Source of the DNA: an uncultured Gemmatimonadaceae bacterium
Lineage (GTDB): Bacteria > Gemmatimonadota > Gemmatimonadetes > Gemmatimonadales > Gemmatimonadaceae
Length of the DNA stretch: 64,000 nucleotides
Assembly: GCA_963829055.1 (NCBI GenBank)
Contig: CAWHHI010000020.1
Span: forward strand, 1-64,000
Direction: 5' to 3'
This document shows, piece after piece, positions 34,643-44,623 of the stretch; positions within the stretch are counted from its first letter, which is position 1; each line of letters begins with the position of its first letter. A program made the position numbers and the translations under genes. The notes below the pieces were generated by a model that saw nothing but the letters and a program-made list of their open reading frames with translations, was not told where the DNA came from and ran no database searches.

Positions 34643-34692
34643 TTGGAGTCAGACTCGGCCGTTTGGAGTCAGACTCGAGTCTGACTCCAAAC
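34643..34692. repeat. REP family A cluster downstream of RAYT
   Basis: TTTGGAGTCAGACTCGAGTCTGACTCCAAA plus a partial copy. Confidence 0.9.
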
Positions 34693-34698
34693 GGATCA

Positions 34699-35385
34699 TT
34701 ACAACGAGGGCGACAACCCTTTCGTCGCCGGGTCGGTGTGCCGCGCTAGCAGTGTCGTGATCTCGTCACGGAACCGCTTGCTGCCAAGCGCCCAACCCGT
34801 GTGGGTCGCGTTGCGAATGTCCGCGAGCACCGAATCGGGAAGCGCGGCCCGAAAGAGCGCGCGGTATGCCGCCTGACGCGTGCATGCGTCGCGGTCGAGC
34901 GCCAGATACCGCTCGTGGGGCGTCACCAGCGGATCGCTTGCGCCGAGGGCGTTCGCTCCGTGGCTCGACCACGGGTAGTGACGCGGGTCGGTGACGAGCC
35001 CGGCGCGCACCGGATTGAGCTCGATGTACCGATGGCACGCGAAGAGATACTGATCGGTGTCCACGACAGTGGCCTTGTAGCGTCCCTGGCACAAGGTGCC
35101 AGTGCGTTCATACGTGTCGTTGAAACGCCTAACGTATCGTCGGCAGACCGATTGCAGCATCCGTCCGATGCCGGAGGCGGTCGTCGGCGTCAGGAGAAGG
35201 TGCACGTGGTTGGTCATGAGCACGTATGCGTGCACGTGACAGCCGTACTTTTCGCACGCGGTGCGGAGACAGTCGAGGAAGAACCGATAGTCCGAATCCG
35301 CGACGAAGAGCACCGAGCGATTCGTGCCGCGCTGGATGACGTGCTGTGGCATGCCAGGAGCGGCGTAGCGTGGTATGCGTGCCAA
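34699..35385 (-). mobile_element. REP-associated tyrosine transposase (RAYT / TnpA-REP, Y1 HUH family)
   Basis: ARIPR..PGMPQHVIQRGTNR, HAYVLMTNHVHLL (HUH), RYIELNPVRAGL (catalytic Tyr) and YPWSS. Probable TTG start at 35385. Flanked by REPs. Confidence 0.92.
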
Positions 35386-35547
35386 ACTCACCTCGTGGAG
35401 CGCGTGGTTGGTCGCGACACGTGTGCGGCCGCGGCCGACCTACATGGTGGCACGCACAACGCGCCCGGGCGCCATCAACCTGTCGCTGGCTGGGACCGTT
35501 CCAACGCGGACTGATCACCGTTGTAGATGTGCCGCACCGATGGCCGC

Positions 35548-35626
35548 CGGTGCGTTCGAACGATGAAAATCGGATGAAAATCGAGTCGACTCGAGTCTGA
35601 CTCGAGTCTGACTCCGAGTCTGACTC
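35548..35626. repeat. REP family A cluster upstream of RAYT
   Basis: CGGTGCGTTCGAACGA followed by tandem GACTCGAGTCT units. Confidence 0.88.
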
Positions 35627-37410
35627 AGCGGCCGCTCGTTCCCCTCGTGATACCGGAGCGCGGCTCCGACACCCCCTCCCAGCCACCGCGCACTCGCATG
35701 ACCGCGTTGACCGTCGCGAGCGCCGGTTGGTAGCGGATGCCGTGCCCCATCGCCCGCAACGAGTCCTCGACTTCCTTCGTGAGCCCGTCGGTCTCCACGA
35801 CGAGCGTGTCGGGAAGAGCCTGATGGTGCAGGCGAGGCGCGCGCATCGCGTCAGCGAGCGACATCCGGTGGTCGATGACGTTGAGAATCACCTGTGAGGT
35901 CGCGGTGATGATGCGCGGGCCGCCGGCCGCCCCGACGACCAGCAGCAGTTGCCCTTTCGGGTCGAGGACGATGGTCGGCGACATCGCGCTCAGCATCCGC
36001 TTGCCCGGCGCGATCGCGTTCTGCTCGCCCTGCACGAGCCCGAACAAATTCGGCTTGCCCGGCGACGCCGCAAAGTCGTCCATCTCGTCGTTCATGAAGA
36101 AGCCGAGGTTCTTCAGGTAGACGGCCGAGCCATAACCGCTCCCAGGCCCGTTGATCGTCGTGGTCGTCGCGACAGCGTTCCCCTTGTCATCGACGACGGA
36201 GTAATGCGTCGTGTGGTTACCGTCCGTGATCTGCTTCGCGTCCGGTGGCGTGGGAGTGGCGCGGTCGGGTCGGATCGTCGCGGCCAGCGTGCGTGCGTAG
36301 GTCTTGCTCGTGAGCTCGGCCTGCGGGACCGGCACGAAGTCCGGGTCGGCGAGCTTGCTGTTACGATCGATGAACGCGCGCTGATACGTGGAGCTCAGAA
36401 CGTGGGCATACGCCGCGCTCCCCCAGGATGGCAAGCGAGTCCCACGACTCCAGGATGTTGAGCGACTGCGTGACGACGATGCCGCCTGACGACGCCGGCG
36501 GCATCGTGAACATCGTGTAACCGCGGTAGGTGCTTTGGATGGGAGTGCGCCAGAGTGGACGGTACCGGCGGAGGTCCTCCGTCGTGATGTTGCCGCCACC
36601 GCGTTGCATCGCCGCCACCAGCGAGTCGCCAACCTCTCCTTCGTAGAACGCGCGTGCTCCACCGGCGGCGATGAGCTCGAGCGTCCGTGCGAGTGCCGGC
36701 TGGCGGAAGCGCGTGCCCGGCTCGAGCGCGGTTCCGCCGGGGAAGAACACGTCCTTCGCGTCGAAGCGCTCGATGTGCTCTCGATTGCCCAGGAGGGAGC
36801 GCTGCAGGAACGAGTCGACGACGAAGCCGTCGCGCGCGAGCCGGATCGCCGGTGCCATCACCTGCGAGAGCGTCATCGTCCCGTACTTCGCGAGCGCCTC
36901 CGACATTCCCGCCACCGACCCCGGGATCCCGGAGGCCCGGTAGCCGATGATGCTCGCGTCGGTCGGGTTGCCGTTCGCGTCGAGGTACATGTCGCGGCTG
37001 GCAGAGAGCGGCGCGACTTCGCGATAGTCGATCGCCGCCGTGCGCCCGTCAGCCATGCGGATGACCATGAACCCCCCACCCCCAACGTTGCCGGCCGCCG
37101 GATAGGTCACGGCGAGCGCAAAGCCAACGGCGACCGCGGCATCGACCGCGTTCCCGCCAGCGCTGATGATCTCGCTCCCCGCGTCGGAGGCGAGCCCGTT
37201 GATCGAGGCGATCATGGAGCGCTCGCCGAAGTCCGCCTTCTCGCCCGCCTTGAAGCGCCACCCATCGGGAAAGACAACGACGCGGCGAGCCGGGATCGCC
37301 GGCTCGGCTGCCGCGGCCGACGTCGACGGCGAGTCGTTAGGCCCGGTGCGGCAAGCGACGGAGGCGAGGAGCAGAGCCAGACGGCTGACGCTGGCGACAG
37401 AACGCGGCAT
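35625..37410 (-). CDS. ggt: Gamma-glutamyltransferase; frameshift near 36420
   Basis: GGNAVDAAVA, GNVGGGGFM, IDYREVAP, HTTHYSVVD (catalytic Thr), NDEMDDF, SAMSPT and GGPRIIT. Confidence 0.93.
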
Positions 37411-37547
37411 CAATGATAGAAGGAAGTGATCGTGGCCCGGACACTCCATGCAGGGCAACGGCAGTACGGAGGAACTTATCAAAGTTCAGGTACATTCGAA
37501 CGCTCACGGACTTGCGGAGCGAGGACGTGCAGCACGAGAATCGACCG

Positions 37548-37617
37548 TCGGTGCGTTCAAACGATACAATTGGGGTCAGACTCGAGTCAGGCTCGAGCCT
37601 GACTCGAGTCTGACCCC
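37548..37617. repeat. REP family A cluster
   Basis: CGGTGCGTTCAAACGA flank, then GGGGTCAGACTCGAGTCAGGCTCGAGCCTGACTCGAGTCTGACCCC. Confidence 0.9.
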
Positions 37618-37658
37618 ACGCGTTGCGGACCGAAACAGCGGGCACCATGTTCGCAGTC

Positions 37659-39377
37659 ATGAGACACCTCCTACTCCTGACCTGCGCCCTGACGGCGTCT
37701 GCGTGCGCGCCTTCCACGAAGGACGCGCCCGATTCCAAGTCCTATCCCTCCTCGTACGAGACCGTCATTTCCGGCGGCAGACTCGTCGACGGCACCGGCA
37801 ACGCGTGGTACTACGGCGACGTGGGGATCGCCAATGGCCGCATCGCCCGGATCACGCCACCCGGCATGCTCGCCCAGGTGTCGGCCAAGCAACGCATCGA
37901 CGCGCGCGGCCTCGTCGTCGCGCCCGGCGTCATCGACATTCAGGCCCACTCGGAAGAGCAACTGCTCTACGGCGATAGCCGAGTGATGGGGATGATCACC
38001 CAGGGCGTGACGACGATGATCATGGGCGAAGGAGAGACGCCCGGACAGCTGTCAGCCACGATGCTCTCCAACTATCTCAAGTCCGACGACACGTCGCACG
38101 CGGCACTGTATCGCACCTTCGTCGGGCCGAAGGGGTTCGGTGAGTGGCTGCACGCCATGGAGACTCACACCGCGTCCGTCAACTTCGGCTCGTTCCTCGG
38201 CGCCGGTGGCGTTAGGCAGTACGCGAAGAACATGACGCAGGGCGCGCCGACGCCGGCCGAGCTGGATACGATGCGGACCGTCGTCAGGCAGGCCATGCGG
38301 GACGGCGCGTTCGGCGTGGCCAGCGCGCTGATCTATCCGCCGGGCAATTACGCCGGGACGGAAGAGCTCATCGAGGAAGCGAAGGCGATGGCGCCGTACG
38401 GCGGCGTCTATATCACCCACATGCGGTCGGAAGGCGATCGTTTCCTCGAAGCCGTCGACGAAGCGATGCGTATCGGGCGCGAGGGTGGCGTGCCGGTCGA
38501 GATCTATCATCTCAAGGCAGCGGGCGTGAAGAACTGGCCGAAGATGAAGACCGCGATCGCGAAGATCGATTCGGCGCGCGCGGCCGGTCAGGACGTAGCG
38601 GTCGATCAGTACCCGTACACCGCGGGCGGGAACAACCTGTCGTCGTGCATTCCGCCGTGGGCGCACGCCGATGGCAAGCTTCTCGACCGGCTGCGCGACC
38701 CGGCGACGCGCGCGAAGATCAAGGCCGAGATGACGGATGAGAACGCGAACTTCGAGAGTCTCTGTCTCGGCGCGACGCCACAGGGCGTCGAGGTGGTCGG
38801 CTTCAAGGTCGACTCGCTCAAGAAGTACGAGGGCAAGCGCCTGCCGGAGATCGCATCGGCGTGGAAGAAGGACTGGCCTGACGCGTTGATGGACCTGACG
38901 CTGGCGGAAAAGAATCGGCTTGGGCAGATCATCTTCATCGCGTCGGACTCGAACATCGCCGTGCAGGTGAAGCTGCCGTACATGAAGTTCGGCACGGACG
39001 CGGCCGGCTACGATCCGGACAGCACGCATGAGTCGGTGCATCCACGGTCGTACGGGACGTATCCGAAGATTCTCGGCCAGTTCGTACGTGAGCAGAAGCT
39101 GCTCACGCTCGAGGATGCGGTGCGCAAGATGACGGGCGCGACGGCGGCTCGGCTGTCGATTCGCGATCGCGGCGAGCTCAAGGAAGGGTGGTACGCGGAC
39201 ATCATGATCTTCGATCCGAACACGATCATCGACCGTGCGACGTACGAGCAGCCGCACCAGCTGTCCGTCGGCGTTAGGAACGTGCTGGTGAATGGCGTGC
39301 CGGTCGTCACCGACGGAAAGGTGACGGGCGCGAAACCCGGTCGCGTCGTGCGCGGGCCGGGGTACGGGCTGCCGTAA
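37659..39377 (+). CDS. N-acyl-D-amino-acid deacylase (D-aminoacylase-like amidohydrolase)
   Basis: VDGTGN, VAPGVIDIQAHS, YITHMRSEG, YHLK, HPRSYGTYPKILG and DRGELKEGWYADIMIFD. Confidence 0.92.
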   Translation: MRHLLLLTCALTASACAPSTKDAPDSKSYPSSYETVISGGRLVDGTGNAWYYGDVGIANGRIARITPPGMLAQVSAKQRIDARGLVVAPGVIDIQAHSEEQLLYGDSRVMGMITQGVTTMIMGEGETPGQLSATMLSNYLKSDDTSHAALYRTFVGPKGFGEWLHAMETHTASVNFGSFLGAGGVRQYAKNMTQGAPTPAELDTMRTVVRQAMRDGAFGVASALIYPPGNYAGTEELIEEAKAMAPYGGVYITHMRSEGDRFLEAVDEAMRIGREGGVPVEIYHLKAAGVKNWPKMKTAIAKIDSARAAGQDVAVDQYPYTAGGNNLSSCIPPWAHADGKLLDRLRDPATRAKIKAEMTDENANFESLCLGATPQGVEVVGFKVDSLKKYEGKRLPEIASAWKKDWPDALMDLTLAEKNRLGQIIFIASDSNIAVQVKLPYMKFGTDAAGYDPDSTHESVHPRSYGTYPKILGQFVREQKLLTLEDAVRKMTGATAARLSIRDRGELKEGWYADIMIFDPNTIIDRATYEQPHQLSVGVRNVLVNGVPVVTDGKVTGAKPGRVVRGPGYGLP

Positions 39378-39396
39378 TCGTCCCAAACAGACCTGC

Positions 39397-39535
39397 GTCA
39401 TCCCGCAGCGTTGTCATCCCGAGCGGACGAGCTGTATGTCATCCCGAGCGGCAGCGAGGGATCTCTCGAAGGTCATCGTGGCTTGGCCGGCCACGATGAC
39501 CTTACAACAGGTCCCTCGCTGCCGCTCGGGATGAC
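39397..39535. repeat. Repeat family B hairpin
   Basis: GTCATCCCGAGCGGCAGCGAGGGA / TCCCTCGCTGCCGCTCGGGATGAC plus partial upstream copies. Confidence 0.85.
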
Positions 39536-39570
39536 ACTCGGTTCCCCCCCTCACACCGGAGTGTTTCGTC

Positions 39571-40637
39571 ATGCTGAATCGACGCAGGTCGGCCCTGGCG
39601 CTCGTTGTCGTTCTCGCGGCGTGCGGCACCGCTCCCGACTCCCCGACCGCGCCTAACGCGACTCCTCCCACCACCGGCGTCTCGTTCGCCAAGCCCGTCG
39701 ACCCCGGCTACAAGGTCTATCAGGATGGCAGCACCACCGACGCCGTGACGCAGCCCGTGGGCGGCGCGTATCTGGCCGGTGGTGGCACCGACGTCGACGC
39801 GGGCATGGTGTGGCTGATGGGACAGGGCGGGACGCGTAGCCCCGGGAAGTACGGCGACGTCGTCGTGCTGCGCACGACCGGCAGCAATGGCTACAACAAG
39901 TATCTCGTCGGGCTCGGCGCGAATTCCGTGACGAGCATTGTCATCACGTCCGTGGCCGGCGCGAACAGCGCCGTCGTGACCAACGCGATCGCGAAGGCCG
40001 AGGTGGTGTTCCTCGCCGGCGGGGATCAGTCGACGTACGTGAATCTGTGGCGCGGGACGGCGCTTCAGACCGCGGTGAACGCGCGCGTGGCGCAGGGATA
40101 CCCGATCGGCGGGACGAGCGCCGGACTGGCGGTCATGGGGCAGTACGTGTACGCGGCGCTCAACGCGTCATCCGAGTCGGCGATCGTGTTGCAGAATCCG
40201 TTCGACGCGTCGGTGACGTTGCAGACTGCGCTGTTCAACGTGCCGCTGCTAACGAACGTCATCACTGACTCGCATTTCAAGACGCGCGATCGCATGGGAC
40301 GACTGCTCGTTTTCCTGGCGCGCTTGCAGCAGGACAACATGGCGACGTCGCGCCGCGCGCGATCGCGATCGACGAAGGGTCTGGTGTTGGGGTGACGGCG
40401 AACGGGTCGACGACGACGTTCGGCACCGGCGCCGGCGCGTACTACCTGAGCGTGCCTGCGAACGCCACGCGCACATGTGCCCCGAATACTCCGCTCTCGT
40501 ACAGCGCGGTGAGTACCGTACACGTCCAGAACGGCCAGAACTTCACGTTAGGCAGCTGGACGAGCAGCAATGCCTCGCCGTATACGCTCAGCGTCGCGAG
40601 CGGCGTCGTTTCGTCATCGACGGGGTCGATCTACTGA
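39571..40637 (+). CDS. Cyanophycinase-like peptidase S51 lipoprotein; frameshift near 40350
   Basis: LAGGG, VFLAGGDQ, GGTSAG (catalytic Ser) and TDSHFKTRDRMGRL. Confidence 0.88.
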
Positions 40638-40660
40638 GCTGTCGTTTCGAGCGAAGCCGT

Positions 40661-40783
40661 GTCATTCCGAGCGGAGGCCGAAGGCCGGAGTCGAGGAATC
40701 GCGCGGGTACCGGTAGCGGGCCCTCTATCGTGCAGGGTCTCGATTCCTCGACTGCGCCGCTCCTCGGCTTCGCTCGGAATGAC
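40661..40783. repeat. Repeat family B hairpin
   Basis: GTCATTCCGAGCG..GTCGAGGAATC / GATTCCTCGAC..CGCTCGGAATGAC. Confidence 0.85.
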
Positions 40784-40835
40784 ACGGGTCAGGGCTTGCC
40801 CCTGTTCGGCGACGTGTCGACAGGTTGTCGAAGAA

Positions 40836-41822
40836 TCAGCGCTTGTCCACGCTCCGCAGGAACTCGCGCACGTCCTTCACGTTCGCGTCAGGTGCATCCC
40901 ACGAGGTGACGTGGCTCGCACCCTTGTAGAGGACGAACTTGGCGCCTGGGATCAGCTTCGCGTGCGCCTCGACCGTCTTCGGCCCGACCTCGTCGAACTC
41001 GCCCGTCGTCGAGAGGACCGGCACCTTGATCTTCGGGAGGTCCGCGCGCGCATCGTAGTCCTTGAGCGTGCCGGTGACGACGTACTCGTACGCACCCTGC
41101 ATGTAGTTGTACTGCTCGGTGCCAAACCCCGCGTTCGTCGAGTCGAGGTCGGCCTGCACCGGACGCCGCCACACGTGTTTCGCGTAGAACTCATCCGTCG
41201 CGGCTTTGAAGGCCGGCGTCTCTGCGCTTCCGCCGGCTTTCCACGCCGCGATCGCGCGCTGCGACGAGTCGCTCATCTGCTTCACCCACGCGTTGGCCTC
41301 GCGCACGTAGGCGTGCCAATCGAACACCGATCCTCCGAAAACGATGCCGGCAACGTGCTCGGGGTGCGCCTTGTAGTACTCGAGCGCGAGGACCGTTCCC
41401 CACGACTGCCCGTTGAGGAACCACTTGTCGATTGCGAGCGCGCGGCGCAGTGAGTCGAGCTCCTCGACGAAGCGCGGGATGTTCATGAGCGTCGTGTCAG
41501 TGAGCCGAGTCGACTTCCCTGCTCCGAGCTGGTCGTAGCGGATGACCGGGCGATCATCGCCGATGGCTTCGAATGGCTTGAGATAGTAGCTGCCCGCGCC
41601 CGGACCGCCGTGCAGGAGCACCATTGGCGTTCCCGTCCCGGTACCGGACTTCTTGTACCAGATGCTGCCGCCGCGGACGGGAAGCATCGCCTCACCGGGG
41701 CCGAGTGCGGGAGTGGTCGCGGCGGTTGCGGCGTTAGGCGCCGCAGTGTCGGTCCGCTTGGACTCGGTCCCGGCGCAGGCAGCGAGGAGCGGCGTCGCGA
41801 AGATGAAATGACGGATGCGCAT
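40836..41822 (-). CDS. Proline iminopeptidase-family alpha/beta hydrolase
   Basis: LLHGGPG, YDQLGAGKS, GQSWG nucleophile and GEFDE; lipoprotein signal. Confidence 0.9.
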   Translation of the reverse strand: MRIRHFIFATPLLAACAGTESKRTDTAAPNAATAATTPALGPGEAMLPVRGGSIWYKKSGTGTGTPMVLLHGGPGAGSYYLKPFEAIGDDRPVIRYDQLGAGKSTRLTDTTLMNIPRFVEELDSLRRALAIDKWFLNGQSWGTVLALEYYKAHPEHVAGIVFGGSVFDWHAYVREANAWVKQMSDSSQRAIAAWKAGGSAETPAFKAATDEFYAKHVWRRPVQADLDSTNAGFGTEQYNYMQGAYEYVVTGTLKDYDARADLPKIKVPVLSTTGEFDEVGPKTVEAHAKLIPGAKFVLYKGASHVTSWDAPDANVKDVREFLRSVDKR

Positions 41823-41924
41823 GTGAGGAGGAGGCGGGTATGATGGAGGCGAGCTCTGGACGCCGGCGGTGGAGTATGCAGTCCGCGGGCCCGTCGAGTA
41901 AGCACCCGTTCGCTACGTGGTTTG

Positions 41925-42070
41925 CCCTGATGCCTCAAACCTCTTGCTGAGTAGCTCGAGTGCTGACGCACTGGCCCCTGCCGCCGCGTGATGGCTAGCC
42001 CGGTCACTCGGCGGCAGCAAGGCCAGTTCGACGTGCGTCAGCAAGTCAGTACGAGGTATCAGGCATCAGG
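41925..42070. repeat. Repeat family C element (diverged)
   Basis: CCCTGATGCCT..CTGAGTAGCTC..CTGCCGCCG / CGGCGGCAG..AGGCATCAGG. Confidence 0.65.
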
Positions 42071-42097
42071 ATGTGCTGCATGCCTAACGATCATGGA

Positions 42098-42230
42098 TTA
42101 CCGCAGCACGTCGTTGAGCCGCGGGCAGTAGAGCTCCTCTATCGCGCGCAGATGACGCAGCTCGTGGCCGGCGATATGGAACGCCAGGCCGCGCACGGAC
42201 GCCTCGTTGCCGTTCCCAGCGACGTGAGCC
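42098..42230 (-). pseudogene. C-terminal fragment of a DinB-family gene
   Basis: GNEASVRGLAFHIAGHELRHLRAIEELY resembles DinB C-termini. No matching N-terminal part upstream. Confidence 0.55.
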
Positions 42231-42427
42231 ACGTCCTCCGCCGCGGACGATGCGAACTCGCCGGGAAGTGGTCGCCCACTCGGCATCCGGGAATATGTCG
42301 TCGTCATTGAGTGTCTTTGTCCGTAACGCCGCTGCGTTTCGCGTTCTTGAAGGGAGGCCACGTCACACGCGTTGAAGCGCGAAGGCGAAGGCGATCAGCA
42401 ACGACCACCAACGACTGGACCATACGT

Positions 42428-42811
42428 ATGCTACACATGCTCACTCATTCTCGCGGCCCGCACCTCCTCGTCGCATCGTTCGTCGCCGTGGCACTCGCCG
42501 CGTGCGGTGGCGACGGCTCGGTCACTGGCCCGGTAGATCAGACGCCGGTGTCAGCAGCAACCGTGCAGGCCACACCGGCGGAGAAGTTCACGCCCGGAAC
42601 GGTGACGGTCGTGCCTGGGGGCACGGTAACGTTCGCCTTCGGGAGCTTGGAGCACAACGTCTTCTTCGACAACGCACCAGCCGGTGCGCCGGCGAACATC
42701 ACGGCGCCGAGCGCGAACAAGAACGTGACGCTCACGTTTCCGACGACGGGGACGTACGCCTACAACTGCCACATCCATCCGGGGATGAAAGGCACGATCA
42801 CAGTGAAGTAG
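42428..42811 (+). CDS. Plastocyanin/azurin-like cupredoxin lipoprotein
   Basis: Lipobox LAACG; type-1 Cu ligands HNV..YNCHIHPGM. Confidence 0.88.
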   Translation: MLHMLTHSRGPHLLVASFVAVALAACGGDGSVTGPVDQTPVSAATVQATPAEKFTPGTVTVVPGGTVTFAFGSLEHNVFFDNAPAGAPANITAPSANKNVTLTFPTTGTYAYNCHIHPGMKGTITVK

Positions 42812-42900
42812 CACCCGCGTCGCTCGCGGCGGCTCGTGGCTCGTTAGGGCTGTGCCCGGTAGGTGCGGCTCGGGCTGACTCGGACGAATTGGTGCGCGCT

Positions 42901-43116
42901 TCAGGCAGCGACTTCCACGTAGGAAGCGGAAGTACTTGGCGCTGGCACTGGCTGGCCGTTCGCGCGGAGCCCCTCGACGTGGAACGCGATAGCATCTCGC
43001 ATGCTGAGCTCAACGTCGGCGCGCGTGGCGCCGGTTGCGATGCACCCCGGGATGTCGGGCGAGTAGGCGGAGAATCCGGAGGGGGTTGGTTCGATCAGGA
43101 TGACGTAGCGGCGCAT
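42901..43116 (-). CDS. hicB: HicB-family antitoxin
   Basis: YVILIEPTPSGFSAYSPDIPGCIATGATRADVELSMRDAIAFHVEGL. Confidence 0.9.
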   Translation of the reverse strand: MRRYVILIEPTPSGFSAYSPDIPGCIATGATRADVELSMRDAIAFHVEGLRANGQPVPAPSTSASYVEVAA

Positions 43117-43120
43117 CGGC

Positions 43121-43320
43121 TTACTCCTGCTGGCGGGCGCTGAGGCCTGCTTGCTCGAGGATACTCATCAAGGTACGTCGGGCGAGGTCGTCGTTGCCAG
43201 AGCCCGCGATCGTGACGAGGCCGGGTTTGGTGGGATGCTGAACTGGCGGTGACTACCGCGTGTGCGATCCAAGACCCAGCCGTCATCCGCGAGCAAACGA
43301 AGTACGTCGCGCACTTTCAT
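43121..43320 (-). CDS. hicA: HicA-family toxin with a 1-nt frameshift near 43238 (absent from ORF track)
   Basis: Manual translation: MKVRDVLRLLADDGWVLDRTRGSHRQF/HPTKPGLVTIAGSGNDDLARRTLMSILEQAGL. 200-bp span. Confidence 0.85.
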
Positions 43321-43343
43321 GGGATCCCTCGTGACTGGTGCCT

Positions 43344-43919
43344 TTACCTGGTAGGCGAAAATCGGTCGCCATCGGGGCTCGGGACGACGACCGGCGCCTC
43401 GGCGCTCGGCGGGCCCGCGACACCATCGAATATGACGTTGTACGTGACATTCGATGTGGACGGATCAGGCTTTGCGGCGACGAACTAGACGTGTCGGTCG
43501 TTAGGCGTGAACGAGAGCCGCGAGACAGGTATCGTACCTGCGCCCGTTGCCGATCCACGTCCGAGCTCCTTGCCGTCGACGATCACGACATATTCCTGTC
43601 CGTTGCGACCCGCGTACGCGAAGCGGGTGCCATCGGGCGTCATCACGACTTCGGCGTTGTTGAGAATCTCGTCGAACGGGGGGCCTTCGACGCCATCAAC
43701 GAGCACGACGAATCGGCTTCCCTTGCGGCTGATTGCGGCGACGTGTGCGCCACTGTCGCTCACCAGGAACTTGATTGCGTTCCCTGATGTGGCGACGATC
43801 TGCTCCTCGACCTTCGCGTTGCCAGGCGTCCCCTGTGCATCCGCGTACGAGAAAGCCGACACGAGCCCTGCGGTGATTAGCGCCATACGCGTCGCGTACG
43901 ACCGGATGCGGCGGTTCAT
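43344..43919 (-). pseudogene. Truncated secreted beta-propeller-like protein with in-frame TAG
   Basis: Signal peptide and repeats (VVLVDGVEG, TPDGTRFAY). Frame continues after TAG at 43485-87 (FVAAKPD..VIFDGVAG..SPDGDRF) and then ends. Confidence 0.6.
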
Positions 43920-44018
43920 TGGTGGCGGGGTTGCAGGTGTGGGCTAGCGCGAAAAGCGCCGTCTGGTTCTCTCTTCACCATGCGGAGAACCTGGGCCGAA
44001 CCTGTCAACCGGATTTTT

Positions 44019-44429
44019 TCAGACCCGGCGTTTGCTCGCGGTTGGCTTCGTCGTGGTCGGCGCATCGAGCGCCGCCACCGCACGCTTCGGTGCCACCGCC
44101 CGATAGCTCTCGTCGATCCAGAGCATGCACTGGTCCGTCAGTGCCTTGGTCGCTTTGCCGAGTCGCACGGTCACCCAGCCACTCTTTCCGAGGCCGTACT
44201 CCGTCGGCTTCGCGAACGGCAGCGCGAGCGCCTGGAATCCGGTGCGCGGCAGCTTCACCGAGAAGCTCAGCTCCGTGTCGCCGAGTCGCATGAAGAGGAA
44301 CGTCTTGCCCTTCACCTTGATCGCGCGTTCGCCCCAGGGAAACGCTTCCTCCGACTGCGGATAGCCTAGCGCCCGATCACGCATCGCAGCTTCGAGCTTC
44401 ACGAGTGAGGCGGGAACAGGCATAGTCAT
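44019..44429 (-). CDS. MmcQ/YjbR-family protein
   Basis: EEAFPWGERAIKVKGKTFLF, YGLGKSGWV and WIDESYRAVAPK. Confidence 0.88.
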   Translation of the reverse strand: MTMPVPASLVKLEAAMRDRALGYPQSEEAFPWGERAIKVKGKTFLFMRLGDTELSFSVKLPRTGFQALALPFAKPTEYGLGKSGWVTVRLGKATKALTDQCMLWIDESYRAVAPKRAVAALDAPTTTKPTASKRRV

Positions 44430-44460
44430 GAACTGATTCAGGTAGGACAGAAATAGCGGC

Positions 44461-44545
44461 GCGAAATGCCGAACGGCGCCGAATCCCAGAAAGCGCGGAA
44501 TCCCGAACGGCGCGAAATCCCAGACAGCGCGAAATCCCGAAGAGC
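44461..44545. repeat. Tandem 17-bp minisatellite, 5 units
   Basis: GCGAAATGCCGAACGGC, GCCGAATCCCAGAAAGC, GCGGAATCCCGAACGGC, GCGAAATCCCAGACAGC, GCGAAATCCCGAAGAGC. Confidence 0.85.
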
Positions 44546-44623
44546 GACAAAGAGCGAAAAGGCACCGCCGTTGGGTACCGTCTGGCACTTCGCGCTCTTG
44601 TTGCCCTGCGCCGTATACAATCT

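Noticed and set aside
43485..43487. In-frame TAG as pyrrolysine or programmed readthrough
   Set aside because: It is not a methyltransferase context and the gene truncates shortly after, so a nonsense mutation is the simpler explanation.
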